A stretch of 63,986 nt of DNA, counting the filler, from Dimargaris cristalligena (lineage: Eukaryota), in the NCBI GenBank assembly GCA_003614675.1. It is 3 parts of 3 records of this genome, joined end to end, with 100 filler letters (N's around TTAATTAATTAA, not from the genome) between each part and the next. Parts side by side here need not be neighbours in the genome. Positions count along the whole stretch, not along the records: positions 21,456 to 42,746 come from ML002667.1; 2 more parts are not named here. One strand, 5' to 3'. Of the stretch, positions 23,294-35,877 are shown piece after piece; the stretch's first letter is position 1, and each line of letters starts with the position of its first letter. The notes beneath the pieces were generated by a model that had not been told where the DNA came from, searched no databases, and saw only the letters and a program-made list of their open reading frames with translations. A program made the position numbers and the translations under genes.

Positions 23294-26200
23294 GGTGGAA
23301 GATGGCTGGTTGATGGGGCGAGGGTTGGAAGGAGTGCAAGTAGAGGAGAGGCGGGTAGGACAATGCTAGTGAGTGACTACAGAAGATTATCTTGATGGGC
23401 TTATTAATTGGCGGGGTGAGTGGCCCTTTTTATAATGGACCGCAAGCTACTTGGTCTGGCTAATCAAAGAGGTTTACAAAGACGATCGGGACTATTTCGT
23501 GGTTAGATTTGGACCTGCCCTCAGCTACCGGGCCAAACTTCTAACTCCGTTGGGGTGAAAAGGCTGGCTAGGTTCAAAATGGTCTGTATCAACCCATCGG
23601 TGGTGCACAGTTCAAGAAGGCCGATAAAGGGGGCCCATGTATTTATTAGTCAGCCATACGGCGAATTATCCGGCCTAAATTACCCGCCTTACGTAAGTGG
23701 GCGGACTGTCTCACCGTTCATCATCCGCGTATTATTTAATTTAAAGAAACACCTTCCCCCTCCCAAAGTAAGATGAATCTCATATACTACTCGAGGCTCA
23801 CATTATTCGGCCAAAAAAAAATATGTAGTTTAGGGTGAGATGATTGGAACTCTGACTCTCAACTAAGGCTGTCCATAATCTCCGTAACAATTAGTCATCT
23901 ACTTTGGACGTTGACTAGTGCGTCTCAAAATCTCGCAATTAATTATTTTCAGGCCAGCGTTATGGGCCACATACTATCACGCTAATAGTATGCATCAATA
24001 GCCGTAGTTGTTCCACGGCTTTATTTTATGTAAAGTAGGATCGACTCCTGATCTGTAGGTCAGTGTAGAGGCGTTATTCTGTAATATACAGGAAGGGACA
24101 CCTTCATTTGTCAGCACGACCGGTTCAATATGGGTGAAATTCAAACCAGCTGTTTAAGGTTTTATATGATACATGTATGGGTGAATAATCTGTGAGAATA
24201 GCTTTTAACCGGTAATATTGGCCTCATCCAATGGATTTTTCATTATACAGCCTGAATGAACTTCTCCCATATAGTTACCGAGTCAAAACACACATTATGA
24301 CTAGGTCTGTTGATAGTGGGATATAGGCCAGTGTCTATAAACATTGGTTTGTAGTGGGGCTAATTGCGTTCAAGTATGAAGTCGTTCCAAGCTAGCTACT
24401 ATCGGGTTCTACGTATGTGTAACCATGTTCAATGCAAGAATGGCCGAATGTACATTATTGGCTATCATATAAAAGGTTTAAGCGTGCTCACCCATTCCTT
24501 GCCTAGCCATGTATGTGGACATAATTTTGTTTACGGTGCTGATTAATACACGGCAAGTCGGTATACCGGAAAGTTAGGTTTCGGGAGCTCGGCAGATTAT
24601 AATTTTCTTGAAGAAAACTTGGTAATGTGAGTGAAGTGCTCGACCGGCCAGACTATTACAAGCTAGAAATGTGGTGGATACCGCAAATTTGTAGGTGGAT
24701 TAGCGGACACGGAAGAAGCTATCCTCACATACCGCATGCTGTAATAGCCCTGAGCGGAGTGAACGCTAATTGTATTGCGAACCTGGACCGCACCATAAAT
24801 GAAGATAGCTACCGATGTGGTGTAAGGCATTGAAATAAGACCGAGAATTAATTTGGAATTGCTATTGGCATATTATGTCTCAGTAGTCTAACAAGCAACC
24901 AAACCATTCCCAGGGCCCATTTGACTCGGGATCGGTCAATCCTGCCATATATAGGACATGGGTAGAATTCAGCCCAATCGGATAATATTTTACGAGTTAA
25001 ATAAATGTACTGATAGGTGAAATAACAATCTACCTCGTTAAACAGGATTTTTGGTAAATAGTTTGATTGGTGCTGACCTATATTTGGTTCGGTCAATAGG
25101 AATTACGCACTCGACATCTAGGACACCTGGGTGTATACTCTTGGCCGCGTATACACCGGTCCCCATTCACCCTTACGAGTCGGTGGCGCCCTCTATTCCT
25201 ATTATTTGATAGACAATATCATTTCTGGTCAACCAACTATTACTAGGCGTTACCATGGGGAGGATGGAATGCAGTTAACGTTAGCAGCATAGAATAGGTC
25301 ATTGCGTACAATACCCAAAAAATCGGTGGGTTCCGCAGGCGCGTTAAAAATCCCCAAGGAATCGAGGCGCATGGCAGTGTATATGATTAGATTATATAGG
25401 GTTTTTCGAACCATGTATTACAAAGTCCTTAGTGATAGTCCTACACGAGCGAGCTGCCGATCATTTGACCCGATTATTAATCTAGATGGCGGCAATGGTG
25501 CAAGTGGCAAAGAGTGGTGGTGGGGAGAAGGGCGGTTATAGCATAGCAGCATACGCAAGCCCAATGGGTGTGAGTCAGAATCCACCTTAACGCAGAAACG
25601 CGAGGAAAAAATGCACCTTGGTAGCAGGGGTATCATAGCTGAATTGTGCGGTACTCAAATCAGCCCACTGATCTGTATACACGTCGCCGATTCCATGAGA
25701 ATATATGGTGTTCTCTATCGAGTCCTGCGGCTGATTTTCCAGGAAACAGGGGGAAGAGGGGGCCGGGAATTTTATTGTGACTAAATGATCGCGTGGCAGT
25801 TGTCCACGTTGATGTATAGATCATTTCGGCATCCCATATGCTGATTCATGTATCAATTTTCAGTTAAGCCACCCATCGACATTCGCTCAGACATATCTGT
25901 TTCATCAAACCACCGCGTGCTTACTTTAATCGGGTTGCTGCAACACCGCCTTAAACACTGATGCTAACCTGCGAGCATGGTCACAATCAACCACGTAAGC
26001 GGCATTTCCATTTTTTGAATAGTGATCGTTGAGGTGAAGGGTTTAATTGGTATTAAATAAGAGAATGCCTGGGGAGATTTGAATATGCTAATATTTATAT
26101 ATTTATATATACACTAATAAGCCGAAGTGAAATTGCCGGCATTGGCTATGTAAACTGCGAGAGGGAAGGGTTAGTGTAGTACAGATGCTAGTAGGGGCAT

Positions 26201-26873
26201 GTTTTTTTTTCACTTCCAATTGCGCGATACTAACCACCAAAACAATGGGGATTAGATTCGATGGATAGTAGTCCAATGATGGTATGGTGATGATGATGCC
26301 GATAAAAAAGCCCGGAACACTCGCGGCTGGGATACACCGGTGGTATCGTGGTGTTGCTAGGAGAATACGGTGGCAAAACGAGACGTGGTTATTCGGGCTA
26401 CATGACTACGTAAGCCCCTTCGAAGGACTGCAGGTGGGGTGGTACATATGCAACGGATACCCTCCGTAGGGAAAAAGAAGGGACAAGGCTTGGCAGCAGC
26501 GCCGGCGGCTATCCAATCTCTTGAGTTCAAATCGTACGATACGAATGGGTTGCACAGGTGTGAACCCATCAGTAGTAATACAGGAGCAAGTCTCTCGATA
26601 GCAAAATACAGAAGCGGTGGCCAATGATGATGAAGGTAAACTAACGATGGCCGGCCAACGGGGTGAATGGAGTATTAGTTAGAGGTGTGGGCCTACGGCT
26701 AAAAGGGAGCAAGGCCCTCTTCTCACGGAAAAAGCCCCAATTTCCTAGCTGCCCCCAGGCGAGACCCATTAGTAGATTCCCTTGTATTCGTGGTGGAGGT
26801 ACTACCTAGAAGAGATATATGGTAGTGGTGTTGTGGTAATGGCAGTTGAGGGGAGGAGTAGGGCGAAGGTATT

Positions 26874-27341
26874 TTAAAAGCTGACATCGTAGCGCTGGCT
26901 GAGGATAGCCATAATGGCATGGTAAAACGGGTCATCCACCCGCAATTCCAGCAGGGATTCCACACGAATATCGGCACCGAAGCAGTAGGGGTCCATATCC
27001 CCCTGGGCGTGCACAAACGAGGGCGCGGATACAATGACGCAGCGCAAACGGGGAGACTCGGCCTGCAGCCGCACCAGCCGCACCAGGATCGTATCGCGGA
27101 GCTGGGCGTCCTTGTCCCGCTGCTCGAGCTGGCGGCCCTTGCGCAGGCCCTCTTCGTAGGACCAATAGGCCGACTCGAAAAGGTGCTGTTCGTGGGTGTC
27201 GACCCAGTCTTGGGCGGCGGCATGAAGTTGCTGCGGGGTCCGGTAGCGGCCCATGCGGTTCATGAGGCGGATTTGCGAGCTTTTGGCACCTTGGACGACC
27301 ATGGTCTTGGCCCGTCGGAGTTGGTGGGTGGCGCTTTGCAT
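26874..27341 (-). CDS. Hypothetical protein (155 aa), paralogue of 29044-29601
   Basis: Single-exon ORF; 31/51 identity to the neighbouring ORF over the core block; TATAAAA-like element at about 27523-27529 (minus strand). Confidence 0.85.
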   Translation of the reverse strand: MQSATHQLRRAKTMVVQGAKSSQIRLMNRMGRYRTPQQLHAAAQDWVDTHEQHLFESAYWSYEEGLRKGRQLEQRDKDAQLRDTILVRLVRLQAESPRLRCVIVSAPSFVHAQGDMDPYCFGADIRVESLLELRVDDPFYHAIMAILSQRYDVSF

Positions 27342-27465
27342 GGCGGGGACTGTAGAAAGGGGAGGAAGGGAATGCGGGGAATGGGAGGGGGGAAATGGGG
27401 ATATTAAAGAGTTCTTGAGAATGCAAACTGATAAGAGATAATTAAGTGAAAGAGAAGGTTCCGCG

Positions 27466-27470
<5 letters not shown>

Positions 27471-27519
<49 letters not shown>
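27471..27519. repeat. (GA)n/(TC)n microsatellite in the 5' region of the 26874-27341 gene
   Basis: About 24 GA units seen directly. Confidence 0.9.
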
Positions 27520-27523
<4 letters not shown>

Positions 27524-29043
27524 TTTATAGAGTAACACAGGGTTGATGGGGGGAGTAGAATTATACCAATCATTGGGGCAATTCGGCAGGCAAAAAAAAT
27601 GGCTGCGCTAGGCTTTACACCGACGGCAGCAGCCATGAAGTAGAGAAACTCTGATGTAATCAGAGCCGCGACGGTTCTACAGAAGAGGCAGCCAAGCCAT
27701 GTGGTAATAGTGCCGCCGCTAAGTAGTAGCCGCGGGATTGATGACATCATTGACCCGGGCTAAATTAAATGTTCTATAATAATACCCGCGCGGTGGTGCA
27801 GAGAACCCTTCTTACCAGCTGGAATATGCAACGTCGCGCCGCCCAGTGATGTCGTGTTGGCGTAGAGGAGGGGACGGCGGCTATAATAAACATACTTTTT
27901 AAACCCTGTGGATAATCCGTTACAACCCCAATTATAACTAACCCATTCTGAAGGGCTTCGTGGCCCTGAGTCGTGGCAGTGGAGAAGAGGTGGTGTCCCA
28001 TCAGCTAGTCTCGGTCACTTGCGCTTGTCGGTCAGCTGGGCTTGGCGTGGGCCCAGCCTCCCTCGTCTAAAGTGAAAACTGGGCAATTCTTACAATAATA
28101 CCTCTTCTAATGAAATGACCATACTGGGTCTTTTGTGCATTATTCATTCATTCGTTGAACCATTTGGCGACGAATGGGCTGATTCGAAAATCTCCACTCC
28201 AACCCGATGGTATCCCCTCCCGTATTCACTCTTGTGCATTGGGGTTGCCAAGTCCAGTCGACTAAATCATGTATAGACAGGTACTCTCTCCGCTTGACCT
28301 GCCCCTCCTCCATCCAGGGTAACAGATATAGAGAGTGTTTACCAGGATTGTGGATTCAGGGGTGTTGGTGTCGTCGGTTGTTATGATAACAGGGCCTGGT
28401 AGCCTGGGGTAAGCGATCCAGGGGCGTCTCCCGGCTCACCTGAAGAGCAAATGGCGCAAGGGGGTAGTAAAAGAAAGCAGTGACATTCACTTGGCGGCCC
28501 AAGTTCCTCATTTTTAGTATTGGGATACGGGTATGTTTCGAAGGTTCCGACGACCTTTCGTTCTTTCTTAATTGTAATCACCGAGATAGTACTGTTTATT
28601 GATGGATGATGAACCGAGAGGAGGAGAGTGATGGTGAAGGTGAAAAACAGAGCGGTTGGATGGGATACTTGGCGATTAAATGGATTCAAAGGGTAAGGAG
28701 GGGGGATATATGGACATTGTCGGACGGCAAAACAATATAAAAGGCCGCAATATAGCTATCGATACAAAAAGGGATTTAAAATGTGAACGGGGCCAAGGTC
28801 AAGCGGAAGGAAGAGTAAACAACGTTGTACAGGCGGGAAAATGGACGTTTCCATCGAATGAATGGCAGAGGTGTATACTAAAGTCCAGTGTATTATACAT
28901 GTACACTGCTGCTTTTTATAAGGGAAATTCTCGGAAACTATGCGAGCAACAGCGAATGGGCTGTTCGCGTGCACACACATACGCACGCGCTTTTTTTCAT
29001 CAATCCATTCGGGAATACCTCGGCGCATTTAAAGGGGATGCGT

Positions 29044-29601
29044 CTAGTAGCGCTGCGCAATGGCGCGCATGATATCCCGATGGAATTCGTCGTGCGGTTT
29101 CAGTTCGAGCCAAACCTCTGTCCGCGTGGCCCGGCCGAGTTGGTACGGTTGGGTATTGCCGGGAATTAACTGCGGGTCGGGCGAATGGACCACCACCGCC
29201 ACGGTGGTCGGGGGCTCGCAGAGCCGGACCAAACGGACTAGGACATTCCCGCGCAGCTCCGCATCGTGGTCCCGGTGTTCCAGGAGGCGGCCCTTCCGGA
29301 GGCCCTCTTTGGTGGACCAGAAGGGCTGTTTGCGTAAATAGGTTTCCTGCACCTCGACCCAGTCGAGGGCGGCCTGGCTCGCTTTGTTGGAGAGGGCCTG
29401 GTTAAAGGGAACCGCAGCGGTGAAGCTGGAGGTATCGTCGTCGGCGCGGGAGTACCGTTCGTTGGCTTGGCTGGTGACGGGATTCCGCATGGTGCCCGCC
29501 CGGCGGAGCAGAATTTGGGAGGTCTTGGCCTGTCGCGATACTACGGACTTGGCCCGGGTGAGCAATGACGCACTTCGAGTAGGACGGTTGGCGAACTCCA
29601 T
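29044..29601 (-). CDS. Hypothetical protein (185 aa), paralogue of 26874-27341
   Basis: ATG at 29601 (CAGCCATGG; MEFANRPTRS...) within the longer track ORF; shares DWV..E, WS..EGLRKGR.LE.RD.DA.LR...LVRLVRL and the QRY ending. Confidence 0.85.
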   Translation of the reverse strand: MEFANRPTRSASLLTRAKSVVSRQAKTSQILLRRAGTMRNPVTSQANERYSRADDDTSSFTAAVPFNQALSNKASQAALDWVEVQETYLRKQPFWSTKEGLRKGRLLEHRDHDAELRGNVLVRLVRLCEPPTTVAVVVHSPDPQLIPGNTQPYQLGRATRTEVWLELKPHDEFHRDIMRAIAQRY

Positions 29602-31897
29602 GGCTGGGTGATATGGGGTTGGGTAGAGGTGTAGGCAGAGGGTGCGGTAGCAATGGTATAGTGATAGTTGTAGAGCAGGGAGATACGGTGAAGTTAAAGA
29701 AAGAATTGGGGCTCGAAAAGGAAAGTCTAGAAAACGCGGGTCAATATTACCCAATAAAGAATGACGTAAGCCCTGGGATGGAGATTTGGAATAGAGGAGG
29801 TGGGGAGAGAGGGAAAGAAAATGGCTAAGAATAGGTAAAATACACACAATAGGGAAGGACCCGTTTGGGCGGGATTGGTCTGGGTATAAATAGTCTGTTG
29901 CAAAGCAGACGAGGGAAATCACCTGAAGGCAGCAGGCGTCGCACAGTCCTTATTCAGCCCTAGTGCCTATTGGGGTGGAGGACAGTGTATTGCAGGAATA
30001 AAAGGAGGAGGAGGAAGGAGTCCATGGAAACCCCCCGAACCTCATTTATTGAGAGAGAGAGGAACGAACGAGGTCACGGCTGCTAGGTAACTGTGGATAA
30101 TGACCAGCAGCACGTCTCCCTCATAACCCCCCCCCCCTTGTCAGCTAACCAACTCTGTCTGCAGGCCGGGGCCATTATTATTAATCACCCGGTCTTCCTA
30201 TTAATAGCAATCGTCGACATTTACGTGCAGCCGGACCCACCGATGTACAGCTGCCATCAAACCACCAGGTGCAGGGAATGCCAGCACCATAGCTAGTTTC
30301 CATGAGAATAATGCTATTTCGGGTCCGTCTTGCCGCCGGATTTATACCCTCAATTATACATCTTCTCGCCTACCGTGACCAAAGTTCTCATTTGAGCCGC
30401 CGGTTTTGGTGTGGAACTTTCCTAGAGTGTTTCACAGTAGCACTTCTCGGGTAAACTGGCTGTTAAACATATTGAAACCTAGCACCCCTTTAACCAATCC
30501 TAATCAGTTTAGCATAGAATACATACACACCCTCGCAGATAATCTCAAAACCGACTTGTATAGTCCAGAAAACATCATGGACCCCCCAAGAAAAGAAAAC
30601 AAAAGGCCCTTTAGTCAATCACTGCTGTCCTAATAATACGTTGGTTTCAATGGGGGGTAGCTGGTTTCATAATACCAATTGACCGACGCTTTTATTAGAT
30701 AGGTTCGCCCTCTGAAATCAAAGCTAAACCTACAATAGCGTCGACTATATTTATATATAAAATAACTATACTATGAGTTGCATTGCAGGGCGGATATAAT
30801 AGGCACAGCCCAGTATCGGAAACTGCAATGCTGGAAAACGGGTGGCTTAGGCACAGCATTCGCTGGTAAATTGCCAATCATGTACAAGGGGAAGGGGGCA
30901 TATAACCCTCTAGTTTCTGCCTTACTTTACTAGTCTGGACTATTTTTAATCCGAGGTAATCGGGATCTTCAGTCTCCTTCATTTAGCTCCAAACCCAGTG
31001 TTGGTTTATTAAATTATTTCCGCCGGGGGGGCTTAGCTATTTCTGGCTACCTCGACTAACACGGAAATATAGAAATACTCGTTTCGTAAAACAGGCTCCT
31101 TATTTCGAAGGTTAAAATACGATTGCATTCATATCTATGATTACTTCACAACATCTTGCAAGTAATCGAACTTATTTATTTTATTTTAGTTATAAAAAGA
31201 GAGAGAGAGTTAAAGGAAAAGAGATGTCATGGTCTCTAGTGGCTTTCGGAGGTGGTCATATAAACCATACACAAGTGCATGGTCTGCCTCGAATTGCCGT
31301 GGAAGCCCCTATTTGCTATACGCTCATAAGACTCAAGGGCCAAAACTATTGCAGAATTAACGATTAATTTAGAAAATTAATAGAAAAATCAGAATCTACC
31401 CGGAAATAGTCAAATGAGCTGGATACCATGTATATTAGGTACCACACGCGATGATTTTAATTAGAAGGTCTTCGGTGCCCTTTTTATAGAACTCGTTTGT
31501 AGTCCATGAATAGGAAATGGATTGTGGGACTAGTAGATTTAGCGCACAAACGAGGCTGGTTGGCTGAATTATAGTCAGTGGAGAATCTCGGCCTAAAGGA
31601 TTGTCCTAATTATTCACAGCGGGGGGACTTCAAGGCGTATGGTAGGTAGTCAGATTCACCCCATACGAGGTGGCAGACTGGGGGAAGAGGGGGGGGATAC
31701 CACACTAGAGAGGGGGAGGGAGTCTAGTTGCTGGACATGTAGATTCACGCGACTGACGTGCCGCATTGAAACCGCCCCCAGGCGCCCAAGCCGAGCTCCA
31801 CCTGTGGTGTTCCACGGCTGTTTCTCCCCAGCAGCGGTATTTTGTCTGGTTAATTAGTCCCATTTCGAATCCTATTCCCCCCTATCGCTTATACTCC

Positions 31898-34590
31898 ATG
31901 TGCGCCTCGATAGCCATGGTTACTCGGCTGGGCTGCCGCCAGGTACCTGCTCGACAAACTGCCCAATCGCCGCGACCTACCACCACTGCCTTGTACCAAC
32001 GCCTCCACTTGACCAGGCCAACGTCTGATTCACCCTCGCCGACCCCCCGGGTACGTTTCGCCCCGAGTCCCACGGGCCAACTCCATTTAGGGGGTCTCCG
32101 CACCGCCCTGTTCAACTTTCTCTTCGCCCGCCACACCGGTGGTCAGTTTATTGTGCGTATCGAAGACACCGACCGGAAGCGTCTCGTTCCCGGAGCCACC
32201 GAGGGCTTACTCGAAGCCTTACGGTGGGCTGGTTTAAAGTATGACGAAGGTCCCGATATTAAAAATAGTAGTCCTTACGGCCCGTATATCCAATCCGAAC
32301 GCACGGAGCTGTACCAGAAATACGCCCATGAACTGGTGGACCGGGACCGGGCGTATCGGTGTTTTTGCAGTTCCGAACGGTTGGACCATTTACGGGAGAT
32401 ACAAGCGCGGTCCGGGTTGGCGCCCGCCTACGATCGGCGGTGTTCGCACTTGAGTCGGGCCGCCATTGATACCCAGTTGAGTCAGGGGGTACCCTATACC
32501 ATCCGCCTGCGGTTCCCTTCGCCGCTGACTACCCCTCATTTGCGCGCAGTCCCGGATTTAGTCTACGGCCCCGTCCCCGTCAACCCTCACCTGACGGACG
32601 ACGCCGTCCTCCTCAAGAGTGACGGCTTACCGACCTACCATTTGGCCAACGTCGTCGATGATCACCATATGCGCATCACCCATGTGCTGCGGGGTGAGGA
32701 ATGGCTGTCGTCCACCGCAAAACACATGGCCCTCTATGAGGCGTTGGGCTGGGACGCCCCCCAATGGGTCCATCTGCCGCTGCTGTTAAATGCCGATGGA
32801 TCCAAACTGTCGAAACGGTCGGGTGATGTCCATGTCGACGGATTACGCCAGGCCGGGTATTTGCCCGAAGCGCTCGTTAATTACGTAGCCCTGCTCGGCT
32901 GGAGTCCCCCCCTGGTTCACGCCGGCGAATCGGCGAACGTGTTTAGCCTGGCCGAACTGGTGGACGCTTTTGCATTAGAGAATATTAATACGTCGAAACC
33001 AACCATTGACTACGCTAAACTCGACTGGCTCAATAAATTGCATTACCGACAGATTTGGGCCAATGATGCTAAGCGAAGGGTGGGCTTTGTCGACCAAGTG
33101 CGCCACCATGTACAGCAGCAGTATCCGACCAAGTAAGTGCAAAAAATAATAATCACCACACACCATGGGATTTCCCGTCGGTATACCGGGGACATTGTAA
33201 AGCATTCGATTGCATTTAAGGAATTCTCCGGCCCGGAAGGATCGCCAAAGGCGCATATTTATTATTCCTATGATTATTACTATTATTATGGACCCTTGGC
33301 AATCTCCCGTACAGCGCTTTAACTAACTTCCGCCGAACCTTCTCCTAAATGCATTTGTTACTTAGACAATTCTCGGATGCGTATATTAGCCAGGCGTTGG
33401 AACTTTGCAATGTAAGATGATACCCCAAGCTCCACTAGCTAATACCGCCCGCACTAGTTTTATTAATACCCATCCCGCTTCGCAATCCGTCCTACTGTAT
33501 CCTATTTATTTAATGCTGGATAATCAATAACTAAAACCCCCTGCCCACCATACCCATACTTATTTTACTACTTACAGGACCGGGTGGTCAAGACAACCGA
33601 CCTTCCTGCTGCTACCCGGGTTTGTTTCGCCGACCCTGTGTACGGATCTACTGACCAGCCTGATTCAGTATTGCCCAGCACTTTAGTCCCTCTTATGAGT
33701 AAGTCAATCGCAGGGTTTAATTGACGCATCTGGTGGGACATTTATACATATCTATACCTATGTCCATCTCAATTTGCATTGCTATGCGATGGATACCCGT
33801 GGTGTACATTGTACATTGCGCGTGTGAGTATAGATGTGTTCGGTGGAAGCGCCCTCTCTCTCTCTCTCTCTCTCTCTCGTCCGCACCATGTCCGCCGAGT
33901 ACACCCTAATTTGGGTTGAGTTAAGCTGTCTATTTACTGGATCACTGTACACCCCCGCCTGTGTGTATCCCTCTTTTCCCATTAGGTTCCATCATACCCC
34001 TAGCTACCGCTCAACTAAAGAAAGGAGTGTTGTCTTGTGCTTCCGACAGCCCCTCCCAAACTAACCCACGCCAAACTATGCAGGACCTGGTAAAGCAACT
34101 CACCGCTCAGTCTGGCCAGGCTAAGGGCAAAGTGATGAAATGTCTGCGCTACGGACTCACAGGGACTACGGTAAGTATCCGGGATATTACGGATCTATTC
34201 AATTGCATTGGGTTTTTATTTTTTTCTTACCACTATTCATTCAGAATGTTTGGGCCGGTATGGTATGGACAGGTGATTGTTTGTAGATTGGGCCGGCCAT
34301 TCTATTTTGATCATAAGCTGTTTTTGGCGTAATATAAATGGACTGAATACTGGGAATATTTCGGGATAAACTACTAACCCTGCTGCCCGTCTCCTTTATA
34401 TATGTTGTCTGCATTTCCTTTATTATTATTTTTTGTGGTGGTGGGGGACAATCCTATAATCTACCTACTATACCAGTCTGGGCCTGGAGTGATTGATCTT
34501 ATGGTATTATTCGGTCCCCAGGAATGTCTCCGTCGGCTAGAGTTGTTTGAAGTGTCTGTACCACACGTCGTTGTATCCAACGGGGACTAG
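31898..34590 (+). CDS. MSE1: Mitochondrial glutamyl-tRNA synthetase; exons about 31898-33132, 33366-33411, 33578-33698, ~34004-34170, 34477-34590
   Basis: RVRFAPSPTGQLHLGGLRTA (HIGH), RIEDTD, AYRCFCS, LLKSDGLPTYHLANVVDDH, RGEEW, KLSKR (KMSKS); Arg/Thr-rich presequence; the anticodon-binding domain is restored in frame by splicing (LRYGLTG|SGPGV). Confidence 0.95.
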
Positions 34591-35877
34591 TGGCAATTGT
34601 TAAAGCTATTTTTATTCCCGACTCCGCCCGGTTGGTAAGGAATACCCCCCATGAACACCATTTAAATTTTCCAACGATTAGATTAATTTGGTAATTTATA
34701 AACACGCTGTAATTATCGTTAGTGTTCGTTGTTCTAGTTTGGGCCATGGATTACTGCCTAGTATGCTAGTGGTGTAGATACAATGGTGGTATCGGTCGGG
34801 TAATGGTCAATGAAAAGGGAAGAGGGTTATGCCTCTAATCCCCTTACCCCAATGGCCCCCGTTTCACTGCATCGAGCGGAAGGAAAATGGGTGGTGTAGC
34901 ATGATTCGTTTCCAAAGTAAAGGTGATGGGAGTAATAATAGACAACGGGTCGTTTAGAGTGGATAAGTCGTATGACTCTGAACCGCGGGCATTCACTGCG
35001 TGTTATTTCCATGGCGAGGTGGAGAAATATGGTGGTTGTTAACCCGTACCGTGGGGACGGTGTAAGTGGCGGTATCCAAGACCGTTGTTAATAATAGATG
35101 TTTCATAATATATCAAAGCAATGAAAGTCTCCCCCATAAACCAATAATCTATTATATAATAGTCATATTATACCAATACCGTAGTAAGGGTAACCCGGTG
35201 TATATATTGCAATACCCGAGGATGGAGTAAAACCACAACCCGCTCTCTCTTCCTAGTGGTGGTTGGTCCTTGTATCTCCCTCCTCCTCTGTTCTCTATAG
35301 GATATTAGCCCACCCTCACCGCAGCTTAAGAGAGGGAACTGGGTTTGTGCGTTTGTTTACTTTTTGATATTTGATGGTGATTGGCACGAAGAAGGAAGAG
35401 AAGGGTCAGGGATTCATCCTCAAATATGCTCAGGGAGTAACTATGGCTATGCTTTCCCTTCCTTCTTTGCTCAATAAAGTTATGCTGAATGAGCTTCGCT
35501 AACTCGTTGTTAATATCCACGTCTTCCATAGCCACCTCATTCATTGTATATCCCTTCCTCTTCTTATTCTTCGTCTAATATTCCACCTACTCGGTTCTGT
35601 AGCTGTAGCAGTAAGGAGGGGTCTGCGCATTTACTTACTCATTTTACTATTTTTTTCCCTTGGAAGTTTACTTTGAGTTCAATCCCCCCACTAGTTTGGG
35701 GACGACGCCTCTTTCGCTTGTATAAAGCCCGGCCTTATGTTCCTAGGCGTCCTTCCGAATCCACTTCTATTCTCGCATTATTCCCCGTAATACTTCACTA
35801 TAGCGGGCCGAGCTCATCCCGCCACAAAAATCCCTCTATTAGTAGATTCGCCTCCCACATTGTTCGTGTCGGCTACC

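Noticed and set aside
35326..35544. 72-aa minus-strand ORF (MNEVAMEDVDINNELAKLIQ...)
   Set aside because: Short, antisense to the pyrimidine-rich leader of the 35878 gene, with no recognisable motif or supporting exon structure.
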